NCBI GenBank assembly: GCA_964016885.1
Contig: OZ024751.1
Location: 42,346,001 to 42,410,000, forward strand
Origin: Eledone cirrhosa
Taxonomy: Eukaryota
Direction: 5' to 3'
DNA length: 64,000 nt
Part shown: positions 12,361 to 25,369 of the stretch, piece by piece
How positions within the stretch are numbered: position 1 is the first letter of the stretch
Layout: each line of letters begins with the position of its first letter
The notes under the pieces: generated by a model
The model's database searches: none
The model's input: only the letters and a program-made list of their open reading frames with translations
What the model was told of the DNA's origin: nothing
Program-made: the position numbers and the translations under genes

Positions 12361-12795
12361 AACATGACATTATTGATGATAGTATTTCTCTGTAATTCTG
12401 AATGATTTAAAAGGTGACGGATATGAACAAACATTATAGATTAATTGGTTTCTTTTTCTTTTTAAACTTGTGACCGTGTAGACTTCCGGCATTCTTAGTT
12501 GCTGTATCAGCTCCATGTTGACTGCTATCGAGGCAGATTGCTTTTTTTTTTAATCCGTAGTTGTGGAGACTTCCAGAATTCTTAGTTCCCATACCACCTC
12601 CTCACTGTTATCAGGGTCAAGCTAGTTTCAACTTGTAGGGATGTAGACATCTGGCATTCTTGGTCCTTGTATGACCTCCTTACTCACTACAATTGGGGCG
12701 GAGTTGCTCACCAGCAAAAGTGAATCTCTTGAGTTGAAATGTCTATTTCAATATGTCTCTCTCTCTCTCTCCCTCTCTCCCTCCCTCTCTCCCCA

Positions 12796-12826
<31 letters not shown>

Positions 12827-13151
12827 GTCCTCCAAGGTAACATCTTCTCCATTCTATCCTCTGCTGGGACTACAAGTTAAGTTGTGCCTTGGTGTAAGAT
12901 TCTGTACATTCTGGAGCCTTCTCCCACACCATCCATCCAAGTTTGTATCATTGAGGCTAACGTTGACTGAGTATTTGTTTCCATATTTTTGTAGTAGTTT
13001 GAGTGTGTGTGTATATATATATATATATATAACTGGAGGGGGTTGGGCTCTGCCACGTTTAAAAGAGCCCTAGACACGCTGTATGGCAGTGACTTTGACT
13101 CCACAAGGAGCTATGGGATCTTTATCCTTTTATATATATATATATATATAT

Positions 13152-13203
13152 ATGTATGGTAGGTCGTATGTGAATCGCGATTCACATACGACCTACCATA
13201 CAT
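13152..13203. repeat. Perfect 52-bp spacerless palindrome embedded in (TA)n
   Basis: ATGTATGGTAGGTCGTATGTGAATCG|CGATTCACATACGACCTACCATACAT. Confidence 0.95.
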
Positions 13204-13257
13204 CTTGCTTATATATATATGTATATATATATATATGTGTATATATATATATGTGTA

Positions 13258-13288
<31 letters not shown>

Positions 13289-13403
13289 ATATATAAGTAT
13301 GTATATGTATATATATGTATATATATATATGTGTATATATATATATGTGTATATATATATATATGTATATATATATATGTATATATATAAGTATGTATAT
13401 GTA

Positions 13404-13458
<55 letters not shown>

Positions 13459-14719
13459 ATATATATATAAGTATGTATATATATATATATTGTTTCACCT
13501 GGACTGACACACATAAACTGATCTGACAACAATGTCAATAACAATTACATTGATATGTTAATCAGGACAAAGATGACAATGATGATGATGATGATGACTA
13601 AATAAAACTACTTTACTTTTCAAGGACCAATCCTTTCCTATAGTTATTGTCACATGGGTGGAAAAATTAAAAGTAAAGAAAAAAAGAAACATTACAACCA
13701 ACTTCATTATATCCTGTTTGAATATTTACTCTGTGTGTCTGTCTGTCTCTGTGTGTGTGTGTCTGTTTGTGTGTGTGTGTGTCCCCTTTATATTGTATAA
13801 TGGACACACATATAGATAACGTATTTTACTACTACTACTACTATTACTACTACTACCACCACCACCTCTACCATGATGAAGACAACGACGACAACCACCA
13901 CCATCACCACCACCATGACGATGGTGACCCCCCTCCCTCTGGGACCACTACTACTGCTAGTACTAAGACCACCATCACTACCACCACCACCACCACCACC
14001 ACCACCACCACCACCACCACCACCACTACTACAACTACATCATAACACACACAGAGACAGATACAGACCTCATGAGATGTGTCAAAGACATGACAACTTT
14101 GTTAGTGCTGGTGTCATGATAAAATACATCCAGTACATTGTGTAGAATAAGGGAACATATGTAAGGGTCCTCTGCCCATTTGACAAGTCAATATATTTGG
14201 TTAAGTATTGACATGGTTTGTGATGACCTGTAAAACCCTTGCTAACAGGAACAATACACACAGCCCCTTTCCTCCAGAATAGACCCTCAAAATATTTCAG
14301 CAATCTCAGAGATCTTTCAAGAATAATACACATAGCCCTCTTTCTCCAGATCAGCCCATTAAAATACAACATTAATCTTCACCACACCAACCCATTAAAA
14401 CATCTAATTAACACCATAGATCCTTCAAGAACAATGTACACAGCTCACTTTCCTCCAAATCAACCCATTAAAATATCTAGTTAATCTCCACCAAACCAAC
14501 CCATTAAAATATCTAGTTAATCTCCACCAGATCAACCCATTAAAATATCTAGTTAATCTCCACCAGATCAACCCTTAAAATTTATTGGTTCCAGAGATCA
14601 TGCAAGGACAACATACACAGCTCCCTTCTGCCAAAACTAAGCCATTAAAATAACTCATCAAACACAGAGCCCTTGTCTGAGCAATGCCCATGACCCCTTC
14701 TTCCACACCAACCCTTTAA

Positions 14720-14894
14720 TAATTATTTCTACTTTTGGCACAAGGCCAGCAATTACCCAGTGCATTACTGGTACTTTATTTTATCGACCCCGTAAGGATG
14801 AAAGGCAAAGTTAACCTCAGCGGGATTTGAACTCAGAATGGCAAGGGACGTAACTATGGCATCCGACCTCTACCAACACTGCTAATCCACCGCC
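14720..14894 (-). mobile_element. SINE A copy
   Basis: Reverse complement of the family consensus seen at 10257. Confidence 0.85.
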
Positions 14895-15050
14895 TTTATA
14901 TAATATATGATGTCTCATCTTTTTATTTTAAGTGCAATACATTTTATTGATTATTTCATTGAAACACACTAACTATATATATTTATGTGTGTGTGTTATA
15001 TATATGTATATATGTGTATGTATACATACATATATGTATACATACATGTG

Positions 15051-15092
<42 letters not shown>

Positions 15093-15198
15093 CACACGCA
15101 TATATATATATATATACATATATGTATAAATATATATATATTTATAATATATATATATATATAACTGTAAATTTGCCTCCTGTGTTTCATTTATTAAC

Positions 15199-15287
<89 letters not shown>

Positions 15288-15973
15288 ATAACTAGATAAA
15301 ACTCCTTTGATTCTTTCAAGTTAATAATGGTTTCTAATTTTCTACCCAACTAAACCATGTCTGCTTCATTCTCTTTAAATTGTGTCTAATGAAAAACAAA
15401 AAACAAACATCAAACCCTTGGGGAAAGATAATTCTACATTGATGTTTCCTTTTCTTCTCTCCTTTTCAAAAGAGTCCATGTTTCTCTGTTGAAAAAGAAG
15501 AGTAGAAAGTATGTCGTGTATTGAACCGATAGGAGGCAGGATTGGATTGGAAATGATTGTATTGATTTATAGACATGCCAGGATGATAATGGTTATTGTT
15601 GTGAAAATGTTCGTCTCTCAGAGGGATTGATTGACAACAACTTTATCTTACATCATCACTGGGAAACTGGGAAATATCACCATTGTCTCTCTTCTGATGT
15701 TGATATATATATATATATAAAAGTGTGTGTAGTATATATCTCTATATATATATATATAAGTGTGTGTATCTGAGTGAGTGTATCTGTGTGTATATATGAT
15801 ATATATGTAGGTGTGTGTGTGAGGGCGTGTATGATTTTGCGTGTGTGAGTGCATGTGAATGTGTATATGTGTGTGTGTGTGTGTGTGAGTATCTAAAAGA
15901 GAAGTAAGCAACAAACTCACTCAGGAGAACAATACAATACAGGAGAATGATATACATACATATATATATACAC

Positions 15974-16008
<35 letters not shown>

Positions 16009-16799
16009 TATATATATATACACACATATATATGTATGTGTATGTAATATATACATGTATATAATGTTCCTATAATAAGTTTAACGCCTGATATACTGGG
16101 AATAGGCTATAGCATGACATAACTTGTTTTGTTCACAATGTCACACCACCACTGACGACAACAACAACACCACCACCACCTCCACCACCACCACCACCAC
16201 CACCACCACCACCACTAACAACAACATTGACAACACGACCACCACCACTGCCACCACTACCAACACTAACATCACGACCAACACCACCAACCATCATCAC
16301 CACCATCACCAGCAACAACAACAACAACAACAATCACTACTGCCATCACTACCAACACTAACATGACCACTACTGCCACCACCACCATCACAACCAACAG
16401 CACCACTACCACCAAATCTATGCCCACCAACAAAAACACTATCACCACCCCACCACCACATCAACCACCCTCCTTCTCCTCCACCACCATCACCACTGCC
16501 ACCAACCACCACCACCACCACCACCACCACCAGATTTAAGAGAGTTTTTTCTCTTCATTTTTTTGGTTGTTAAAAGTTGATTTTTTTTTTCTCTCTTTTA
16601 CTCATCCATTTTTTTATTTGTTTAAATCAATGTAGAAATCAATAAAATGTATTGAACACAGAATAAAAAAAGGGAAATGAAGTTAGTATGATATCGATGC
16701 TACTTGTAAGAACATTAATGAAGTGAAATATATTTCACTAGGAGCAGAAACGTGACTGTATGTTAACCTCACCAACTCTTTATAATCACTTGTTTATAA

Positions 16800-16956
16800 G
16801 AAAAGAGTCAGGACCCCGACAGGTGAGCTCCGGCTGTTTCAGATCTCGCTGTCAAAATGGCCGGAGCTCAGCCATCGGGGGTTCTGACCCTTTTCCTATT
16901 ACCCACTCTACTACACTAAGTATCGAGTACTCTGGTTCTTACCACACTTTCTTTGT
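16800..16956. mobile_element. 157-bp hairpin-forming insertion with a 17-bp target-site duplication
   Basis: TAATCACTTGTTTATAA at 16783-16799 and 16957-16973; an internal ~90-nt imperfect stem-loop. Confidence 0.7.
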
Positions 16957-17515
16957 TAATCACTTGTTTATAAATGTCTGTGTCTTCTCCCTGGAACTGT
17001 TTCACCACTTCTAGAGTGTTCTCTGCTTCTCCAAACCTTTTCTTTACCATTTCTATTATAGCATAGTTCTTTAGTAAAAGTTGAAAGATTTATCTGCTTG
17101 GGTTGAGGAGAAACCAGAATTTCTGGTTTAGCTACAGCCCTTTATGTTCTGAGTTCAAATCCCGCTGAGGTTAACTTTACCTTGCATCCTTACGGGGTCA
17201 ATAAAATAAAATACCAGTAATACACTGGGATGATTGCTGGCCTTGTGCCAAAAGTAGAAACAATTATATATTATATAATTTTTGGCCCTGTGCCTAAAGT
17301 AGAAACCATTATATTTATTGAATAAAGAGCTGTATGTGTATGTATATATATGTGTGTATGTATGTAAGTGTTCTATGTTTGTATGATGTACATACATACA
17401 TATATATGTATGTACATACAAGTCATCCCCCACCGTCACTCTCAGGTGTGAACCTAATACCAACACTGTTTGTACTGCACTCTTTGTTATTGTTTTTGTT
17501 TTTTTATTATATATA

Positions 17516-17778
17516 TCATCATCATCATCATCATCATTTTACATCCGCTTTTCCCTGCTTGCAAGGGTGGGACGGGAACTGATGCTGGCTTGATTTCTAC
17601 AGCTGGATGCCCTTCCTAACACCAACCTCATTTACAGTGAGTGCTGGGTGCTTTTTTGCCGTGGCACCTCCACAACCACTCATTTCTACAGCTGAGTAAA
17701 CTGGAGCAATGTGAAATAAAGTGTCTTGCTCAAGGAAACAACACATCACCCGGTCTGAGAATTGAACTCACAACCTTT
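17516..17778 (-). mobile_element. SINE family B copy (internally deleted, 5'-truncated)
   Basis: Matches the reverse complement of 25370-25710. Confidence 0.8.
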
Positions 17779-18043
17779 AAACGGAAAAAATGAAACGAAA
17801 TTTCATTTCCCACTCTTAGTACGGCTGTTACTTAAATATAAGTATGTACACGTACATGCATATATGTATACAGACGCACAGTAGTATGTATATATATATA
17901 CATACATGCACACATATATATATGTACGTATGGATTCACCAAACATTTATTATAATGCTCGGTGTGTTTGTAAACAAACATCCCGTATTAAGCCGTAGTG
18001 TCTAGCAACCATCGTTGCTCGTTTGTTCAACACTGACAAAGGA

Positions 18044-18086
18044 ACGCTGTACTAGTTTCAAGCTTATTAGCTATCGTCAGCAACGT
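18044..18086 (-). ncRNA. Minimal type-I hammerhead ribozyme motif (mirror copy)
   Basis: Exact reverse complement of the motif at 18153-18195. Confidence 0.75.
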
Positions 18087-18151
18087 ATACCTTCCTGCCA
18101 GATTGTTGAACGTATATACTTACCTTATGCATATTAACGGCTGAGTAGCCC

Positions 18152-18196
18152 AACGTTGCTGACGATAGCTAATAAGCTTGAAACTAGTACAGCGTT
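18152..18196 (+). ncRNA. Minimal type-I hammerhead ribozyme motif
   Basis: Stem I AACGTTG/CAGCGTT, core CTGACGA, stem II T-AGCT(AATA)AGCT-T, GAAA, palindromic stem III ACTAGT, GUA cleavage triplet. Confidence 0.75.
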
Positions 18197-18407
18197 CCTT
18201 TGTCAGTGTTGAACAAATGAGCAACGATGGTTGCTAGACACTACGGCTTAATACGGGATGTTTGTTTACAAACACATCGAGCATTATAATAAATGTTCGG
18301 TGAATCCATACGTACATGTAAATATGTGTGCATGTATGTATATATATATATACATACTACTGTGCGTCTATACATATATGTATGTACGTGTACATACTTA
18401 TATATAT

Positions 18408-19140
18408 ATCATCATCATCATCGTTTAACGTCCATATTCCACACTTGCATGGGTTTGGATGGGAGTTTTCCCACTTGAGGCGATGCCCTTCCTAACACCA
18501 ACCACATTTACAGTGTGGAACTGGGAGGTTTTTACCGTGTTACCTACACGGCCACATTACAGCGTGGACTGTGTGTTTTTTTGTCGTGACACCTACACGA
18601 CCTCATTTGTTTCGGGCTGGATGTTGTGGTACCAACACAACTTTACATTGAAAGGGGTGGTGTGGATGGGGTGGGGGTAGTGGGACGGGGGTGTATTTTG
18701 TTAGAGGTGCCTACTGACTGTAGTAGGTTTCACTTTGCACTTAGGTAAGGCGGGTCTTCTCTATTACTGTGTAGCACCAAAGATCTCGGTCCAGTGACAT
18801 TGTCTTGGAGAGGTGTAAATGTGTGAGGTCGGAATTTATCAAGTTGTCCCAGGTTTTTCTGTGTCTGCCTACTCCGTGGCTACTATCTATTTTTATTGCC
18901 CTGCACTTTTTTATACAGCTGTCGTCTTTCATGCGCATCACGTGACCATACCAACGTAGTCTTCTATTGCCCAGGTCTCACTGCCATGTAACATTGCTGT
19001 TCGTATGCAGGCATCATACAGCCTGCCTTTCATTTTTAGAGAGAACCCTTTAGCGGCCAATAGTGGTATAAGCTCTCTGAACTTTTTCCATCCCATTCTG
19101 ACTCTAGCTACTGTACTTTCAGAGCACCCTCCCCCACTGC
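18408..19140 (-). mobile_element. RTE-type LINE 3' fragment with 3' UTR and (GAT)n tail
   Basis: Translations ARVRMGWKKFREL...KGRLYDACIRTAMLHGSETWA and GVGRHRKTW are typical of the RTE ORF C-terminus; an internal deletion is present. Confidence 0.8.
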
Positions 19141-19303
19141 TGTATGTATATGTGTATGCATATATATGTGTATGTATATGTGTATGTATGTGTATGCATG
19201 TCTCTATATAGTATGTGTGTATTTGTGAAAGTATATATGTATGTGTGTCCATGCATATGATATATATATATATATATATCATATGTATGTGTATCCATGC
19301 ATA

Positions 19304-19342
<39 letters not shown>

Positions 19343-19407
19343 TTAATATCTGAATGTATGCATTTGTGAAAGCATGCATGCATGTGTGTGCATGCATATA
19401 TGTATGC

Positions 19408-19487
<80 letters not shown>

Positions 19488-19734
19488 GCCTGCCTGCCTG
19501 CAGAGTGGTAGAAGTATATGTCTATTCAGAAGAGCAATCAAGTGGAAGTAGTCTAATCTGATGTTAAAATTCTATCAGTTAATGGCAATAAGGAGACTGT
19601 TTAATACATAGTAACGGCAGCATTTTAGTTATCAAGAGAGGAACTACAAATTGGAATGGACAGGTCTTGCTAAAAAATCCATAACACTGACCTAAAATTC
19701 AAGCTGGAATTACTCTATAATGGTTTCTGATTTT

Positions 19735-20141
19735 CTGATTTAGGCACAAGGCCAGCAATTTTGGGGGAGTTGGTGGAATGTTGATTAAATTGACTCCAGT
19801 GCATTACTGGTACTTTATTTTATCGACTCTGTAAGGGCGAAAGGCAATAAAATAATGGTTTCTGATTTAGGCACAAGGCCAGCAATTTTCGGGGAGTTGG
19901 GGAAAGTCAATTAGATTGACTCTAGTATATTACTGGTACTTTATTTTATTAATTAATAATGGTTTCTACTTTAGGCACAAGGCCAGCAAATACCCAGTGT
20001 ATTACTGGTACTTTAATTTATCGACCCCGTAAGGATGAAAGGCAAAGTTAACCTCGGCGGGATTTGAACTCAGAATGGCAAGGGCCGTAACTCTATGCGC
20101 CAAAGCATGGCATTCGACACTCTACCGATACTGCCAATCCA
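19735..20141 (-). mobile_element. Three stacked SINE A pieces
   Basis: Repeated TAGGCACAAGGCCAGCAA...CTGGTACTTTATTTTATCGAC; the last copy is near full length. Confidence 0.8.
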
Positions 20142-21499
20142 AATTAATAATGGTTTCTGAAACAGATGCTGTCATTCTCTGAATCAACAATGGAAAAATA
20201 CAAGGGTTAGTGGAAAAATTCATAGGCTTACTATGTAGGAGTGATGCTAGAGCTGTGAAATCTTGCATGCATTTAATTTCAACTCTTCTTATATTGATAA
20301 CTGTATTGTTTCTTTTCATGGACTATGTTGAAAAATAAACCTCATTTGGTTATTCCATGAGAGTATCTTGGTCAGCCTATGAAGGAATGATGCTAGAGCT
20401 GTGAAATCTTGCATGTATTTAATTTCAACTCTTCTTATTGATAACTGCATTGTTTCTTTCCAGACACTATGTTAAAATATAAACTTCATTTGGTCATTCC
20501 ATGAGAGTATCTTGGTCAGCCTATCAACACTCCCACCGACCCTCGCTACCTCAACAGTTCAATATAATCATTACAATAGAAGAAGTAAGTCTATGATATA
20601 TTTTCTCTTTCAATGATTTTTGTTCTCGTTATTTTTCTTTCTTTATGTATCTTGCCAACTTTCTCACTATGTACAAGAATGTATCTAAACACTGCAACCA
20701 GTTAGTATATTTTACACCTCAAATTTGTTTTCTCTCACCCCTAAGCTAACAGCTGGTAATTTTTTTTTTTTTACGTCCTTTTTTTCTTTTTTCTTTCTTT
20801 TTCTTCTTTTTTCTTTCTTTTCTTTTTCTTCTTCTTTTTTTTTGTTTTTTCTTTTCTTTTTATTTTCTACTTTTTTTTTGTTTTTTCTTTTCTTTTTATT
20901 TTCTACTTTCCTCAGTCCGACTAGACGAAAGTCGATCATTCCTTATTTATTTATGGCTAAGAAGGAGGAGAGGGAGGTTTTCTTTTCTTCTCCAAAGACC
21001 TCAATCTCTCTTGAACACAAACTAAACTCTATTTACCATTTGTTAAATACTGAACATAGCCATGAGTATATTTCACACCTCAAATTTATTTACTCCCACC
21101 CCTAAACTAACAGCTGGTAAATCTTATTTCTCTACTGAGGAGGAGGTTTGTTTCTTCTCCACCAACAAAGACCCCCTCAGCCCCCTCAATCTCTCTTCTC
21201 CACAATCTATACTCTGTTTACCATTTGTTACACACTCAACATAGATTTAACCTTCTGATATCACAGTGATATCTCACCTGAAGCTGGCAAATAATGACTT
21301 GTTATATTTATATTTATTTAGTAAAGTTACAGTAGAAGTAGCAACCATTAAACATATGTGTGACACATGTAAAATAACAACAAATCTTTTATAACATCTC
21401 CTATTATGTTTTATGTTATTAACATTTTTTTCAAGAGTTCCTTCAGTGCTGTTAGCACTGTGTGTGTTTGTGTGTGTGTGTGTGTATGTGTGTATATAT

Positions 21500-21570
<71 letters not shown>

Positions 21571-22164
21571 GTTTTTGTAATAATTAGACATTTCGTTTGT
21601 TTTGTTATTTTGTTGTTGTTTTTGTTGTTGTTTTTGTTTAATTTTTTTTTTCTTCACATTCCAGATATTTTAAACATCATCTTTGCTTCTTTAGATATAA
21701 TCACATAATATTTACCTCCTGTTGTTGTTGTTGTTGTTATTGTTGGTGGTGGTGATTTTGTTGTTGTTGTTGTTGTTGTTGTTATTGTTGGTGATTTTGT
21801 TGTTGTTATTGTTGGTGGTGGTGGTGGCTTTGTTGTTGCAGTCGTTGTTGTTGTTGTCAGTGGTTTTGTTATTGGTGGTTGTTGTTGTTGTTGGTTTTGT
21901 TGTTGTAATTGTTGTTGGTGTTAGTGGTTTTGTTGTTGTTAGTGTTGGGGATTTTGTTGTTGTTGCAGTTATTGTATTGCTGTTGGTGGTTGTAGGTTTA
22001 TTGTTGTTGTTGTTGGCATTGGTTTTGTTCTTGTTGTTTAAACATTCTTCTGTTAACAGAATAGCTATCCTGCTAGTTCCAGAATTATAACAGTTTTACC
22101 TCTCCAAAACAACAACTTATGTCTATCATTTCTCTCAGACTTATTCCATATCACTTCTGTACAT

Positions 22165-22560
22165 CATCACATCAACATGGCTACATTATCTTACCCCACA
22201 CATATCAACATGGCTACATCCTCCTCACATAAATTGCCTTACCCACCACTTCTGTACCCCACACATATCAACATGGCTACATCCTCCTCACATAAATTGT
22301 CTTACTCACCACTTCTGTACACCACACACATCAACATGGCTACATCCTCCTCACATAAATTGTCTTACCCACCACTTCTGTACACCACACACATCAACAT
22401 GGCTACATCCTCCTCACATAAATTGTCTTACCCACCACTTCTGTACACCACACACATCAACATGGCTACATCCTCCTCACATAAATTGTCTTACCCACCA
22501 CTTCTGTACACCACACACATCAACATGGCTACATCCTCCTCACATAAATTGTCTTACTCC
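22165..22560. repeat. 63-bp minisatellite (~6 copies)
   Basis: Unit CACATCAACATGGCTACATCCTCCTCACATAAATTGTCTTACCCACCACTTCTGTACACCACA; explains ORF 22177..22659. Confidence 0.92.
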
Positions 22561-22585
22561 ATCACTGCTGTACAACATTTTTTGT

Positions 22586-22813
22586 TTAACCCTTTAGCAT
22601 TCAAACTGGCTGTATCCTGCCAGAATTCTCTCACCTCTTTCTGTTCAAACTGGCTGTAAATGGCTACTCATACTTATGTTAAGGTATTCTTCTCAAAATA
22701 AATATCATCTAAATCACATAGATTGATATTATGTGAGATAATTATGTGAAATAAAGTGTTTACCATGAAAATACAATAGTATATATAGAGTAATGTAAAT
22801 ATTAAAGGGTTAA
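22586..22813 (+). mobile_element. TTAA-flanked piggyBac-like MITE
   Basis: TTAA-CCCTTTAGCATT...ATTAAAGGG-TTAA terminal inverted repeats. Confidence 0.85.
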
Positions 22814-23049
22814 ATCAACTTTAGTACTTGAGTGGTTCTCTATTCTTTATCGACTCAGGAAAGGATGAAAGTCAAAGTTGATCTTGGCAAAAGTTCAACT
22901 CAAACAACAGAAAGACGGAGTGAATGTTACAAAGCAATCTATCAAACGTTCTAACAACCAACAATACTGCTAATCCCCTGCCTAAGTTGATAATATTGGT
23001 AAGAAACTAATCCACCAGTCAGCACCATTTTAAACCTTGTGGAGCTTAT

Positions 23050-23391
23050 TCATCATCATCATCATTTCATTTTACGTCCTTTTTCCCTGCTTGCAAGGGT
23101 GGGACAGGAACTGATTTTGGCTTGATTTCTACGGCTGGATGCTCTTCCTAACACCAACCTCATTTACAGTGAGTGCTGGGTGCTTTTTTGCCGTGGCACC
23201 TCCACGACCACTTTGCAGTGGAATGATAGGGACCTCAGTCCCTATCATCTCATTTCTACAGCTGAGTAAACTGGAGCAATGTGAAATAAAGTGTCTTGCT
23301 CAAGGAAACAACACATCACCCGGTCTGAGAATTGAACTCACCACCTTTCGATTGCAAGGCCAATGTTCTAACCACTAAGCCATGTGCCTCC
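23050..23391 (-). mobile_element. Full-length SINE family B
   Basis: tRNA-like head GGAGGCACATGGCTTAGTGGTTAGA..GAGTTCAATTCTC, CORE-like TCCTTGAGCAAGACACTT, RTE-shared tail and (GAT)n. Confidence 0.88.
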
Positions 23392-23524
23392 ATGTTGTTC
23401 TGTCTAAATCTGAACACAGTCCATTTCTGACAGAGAGAGAAAGAGGAAGAGAGAATGACAGAGAGAGAGAGAGAGAGAGAGAGATGGAGGGAGGAAGATT
23501 CAACCTCAGTATTAGTCTGCTACA

Positions 23525-23745
23525 AGGGCGATGGCTTGGCAGCAGAATCAGTAGAGTGTTGGATATCATGCTTTGTGGCATAGAGTTATGTCTCTTTACA
23601 GTCTGAGTTCAACTCCCACCGAGGTTAGCTTTGCCTTTCTTCCTTACAGGGTCGATAAAATAAAGTACCAGTAATGCACTGGGGTCGATTTAGTTGACTT
23701 TCTCCTTCCCCCAAAATTGTCGTCCTTGTGCCTAAGTCAGAAACC
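23525..23745 (+). mobile_element. SINE A-related copy (diverged subfamily)
   Basis: A box, B box and the conserved central domain are present. Confidence 0.75.
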
Positions 23746-23804
23746 AAGATTAGACAGCTACTTTTTTTTATTGACCTTGAAATGTCACTCACTCACTGTT
23801 CTTC

Positions 23805-24122
23805 ATTTCATATCTGTAAGACTACAGATGTGATCCGTCCACTTAATAACTGTAATACTACAAGATATGTGACCCCTATTTAGTATCTGTAAGACTACAA
23901 GATGTGTGACCCCATTTCATATCTGTAAGACTACAGATGTGATCCGTCCACTTAATAACTGTAATACTACAAGATATGTGACCCCTATTTAGTATCTGTA
24001 AGACTACAAGATGTGTGACCCCATTTCATATCTGTAAGACTACAGATGTGATCCCTCCACTTAATAACTGTAATACTACAAGATATGTGACCCCTATTTA
24101 GTATCTGTAAGACACAAGATGT
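23805..24122. repeat. Composite minisatellite (~107-bp unit of three related sub-repeats, 3 copies)
   Basis: Repeated CTGTAA.ACTACA(A)GAT.TGTGA.CC motifs. Confidence 0.85.
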
Positions 24123-24377
24123 GTGCCTGTGGTTGACTACTTTAGTGCCAGAGACTGACACAGTTAAGAGAACATCCAGTCATTTCTATGATCCCCATAC
24201 AGCTAACATTACACAAGATGCTTTAAGAATCCTCAATTCCCCTATTTTTAGCATTCATTCTTGGCATGGTTATCATAGTAATTCTTTTGTTACTATTGGA
24301 TTTATGCTTGAAATAGAGTAAATCTTTGTTCCCACCAGAAATGTTTATTATCTCAGGAAATACATAACCTATATTCA

Positions 24378-25052
24378 GACAGAAATACTGAAGACAAGTT
24401 GTAGAAACTAATTTCTGTTTAACCCTTTAAACAGAAATACTGAAGACAAGTTGTAGAAACTAATTTCTGTTTAACCCTTTAAACAGAAATACTGAAGACA
24501 AGTTGTAGAAACTAATTTCTGTTTAACCCTTTAAACAGAAATACTGAAGACAAGTTGTAGAAACTAATTTCTGTTTAACTCTTTAAACAGAAATACTGAA
24601 GACAAGTTGTAGAAACTAATTTCTGTTTAACCCTTTAAACAGAAATACTGAAGACAAGTTGTAGAAACTAATTTCTGTTTAACTCTTTAAACAGAAATAC
24701 TGAAGACAAGTTGTAGAAACTAATTTCTGTTTAACTCTTTAAACAGAAATACTGAAGACAAGTTGTAGAAACTAATTTCTGTTTAACCCTTTAAACAGAA
24801 ATACTGAAGACAAGTTGTAGAAACTAATTTCTGTTTAACCCTTTAAACAGAAATACTGAAGACAAGTTGTAGAAACTAATTTCTGTTTAACTCTTTAAAC
24901 AGAAATACTGAAGACAAGTTGTAGAAACTAATTTCTGTTTAACTCTTTAAACAGAAATACTGAAGACAAGTTGTAGAAACTAATTTCTGTTTAACTCTTT
25001 AAACAGAAATACTGAAGACAAGTTGTAGAAACTAATTTCTGTTTAACTCTTT
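24378..25052. repeat. 52-bp tandem array (~13 copies) with an internal inverted repeat, abutting a MITE
   Basis: Unit AAACAGAAATACTGAAGACAAGTTGTAGAAACTAATTTCTGTTTAAC(C/T)CTTT. Confidence 0.95.
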
Positions 25053-25262
25053 AGCATTTACATTACTCTATATTTACTATTGTATTTTCATGGTAAACAC
25101 TTTACCTCACATAACTATCTCACATAATATTGAATAAACCAGACTGATATTATTTATTTTGAGAACAATACCTTAACATCAGCACGAGCAGCTGGTTACA
25201 GTCAGTTTAAACAGAATGAAGTGAGAGAATTCTGGCCGGATATGGCCGGTTTAAAGGGTTAA
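25043..25262 (-). mobile_element. TTAA-flanked piggyBac-like MITE
   Basis: Reverse-orientation homolog of 22586-22813 with TTAA at both ends. Confidence 0.8.
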
Positions 25263-25369
25263 TTGAAATGAGAGGAATAGTTTGTAAGAATCTTTAGTAA
25301 AGTAAAGAAAAATGTTATCATATGGAAGATATAGCATAAAGCTGAACATTAGAGAAATATAACATTTTA

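Larger units (their letters stand above)
17836..18404. mobile_element. Fold-back element (~250-bp inverted arms, 66-bp spacer) with a hammerhead motif in each arm; Penelope-like pLTR inversion candidate
   Basis: 17836-18086 is the reverse complement of 18153-18404 with few substitutions. AATAAA lies downstream of the ribozyme motif. Confidence 0.8.

Noticed and set aside
12470-12710. Three diverged ~80-bp repeats resembling a coding repeat
   Set aside because: Stops and frame shifts in the frames checked; no recognisable product.
22177-22659. ORF with a 21-aa repeat (MATSSSHKLSYPPLLYTTHIN)
   Set aside because: It is a 63-bp minisatellite reading into a MITE; there is no evidence of a gene.
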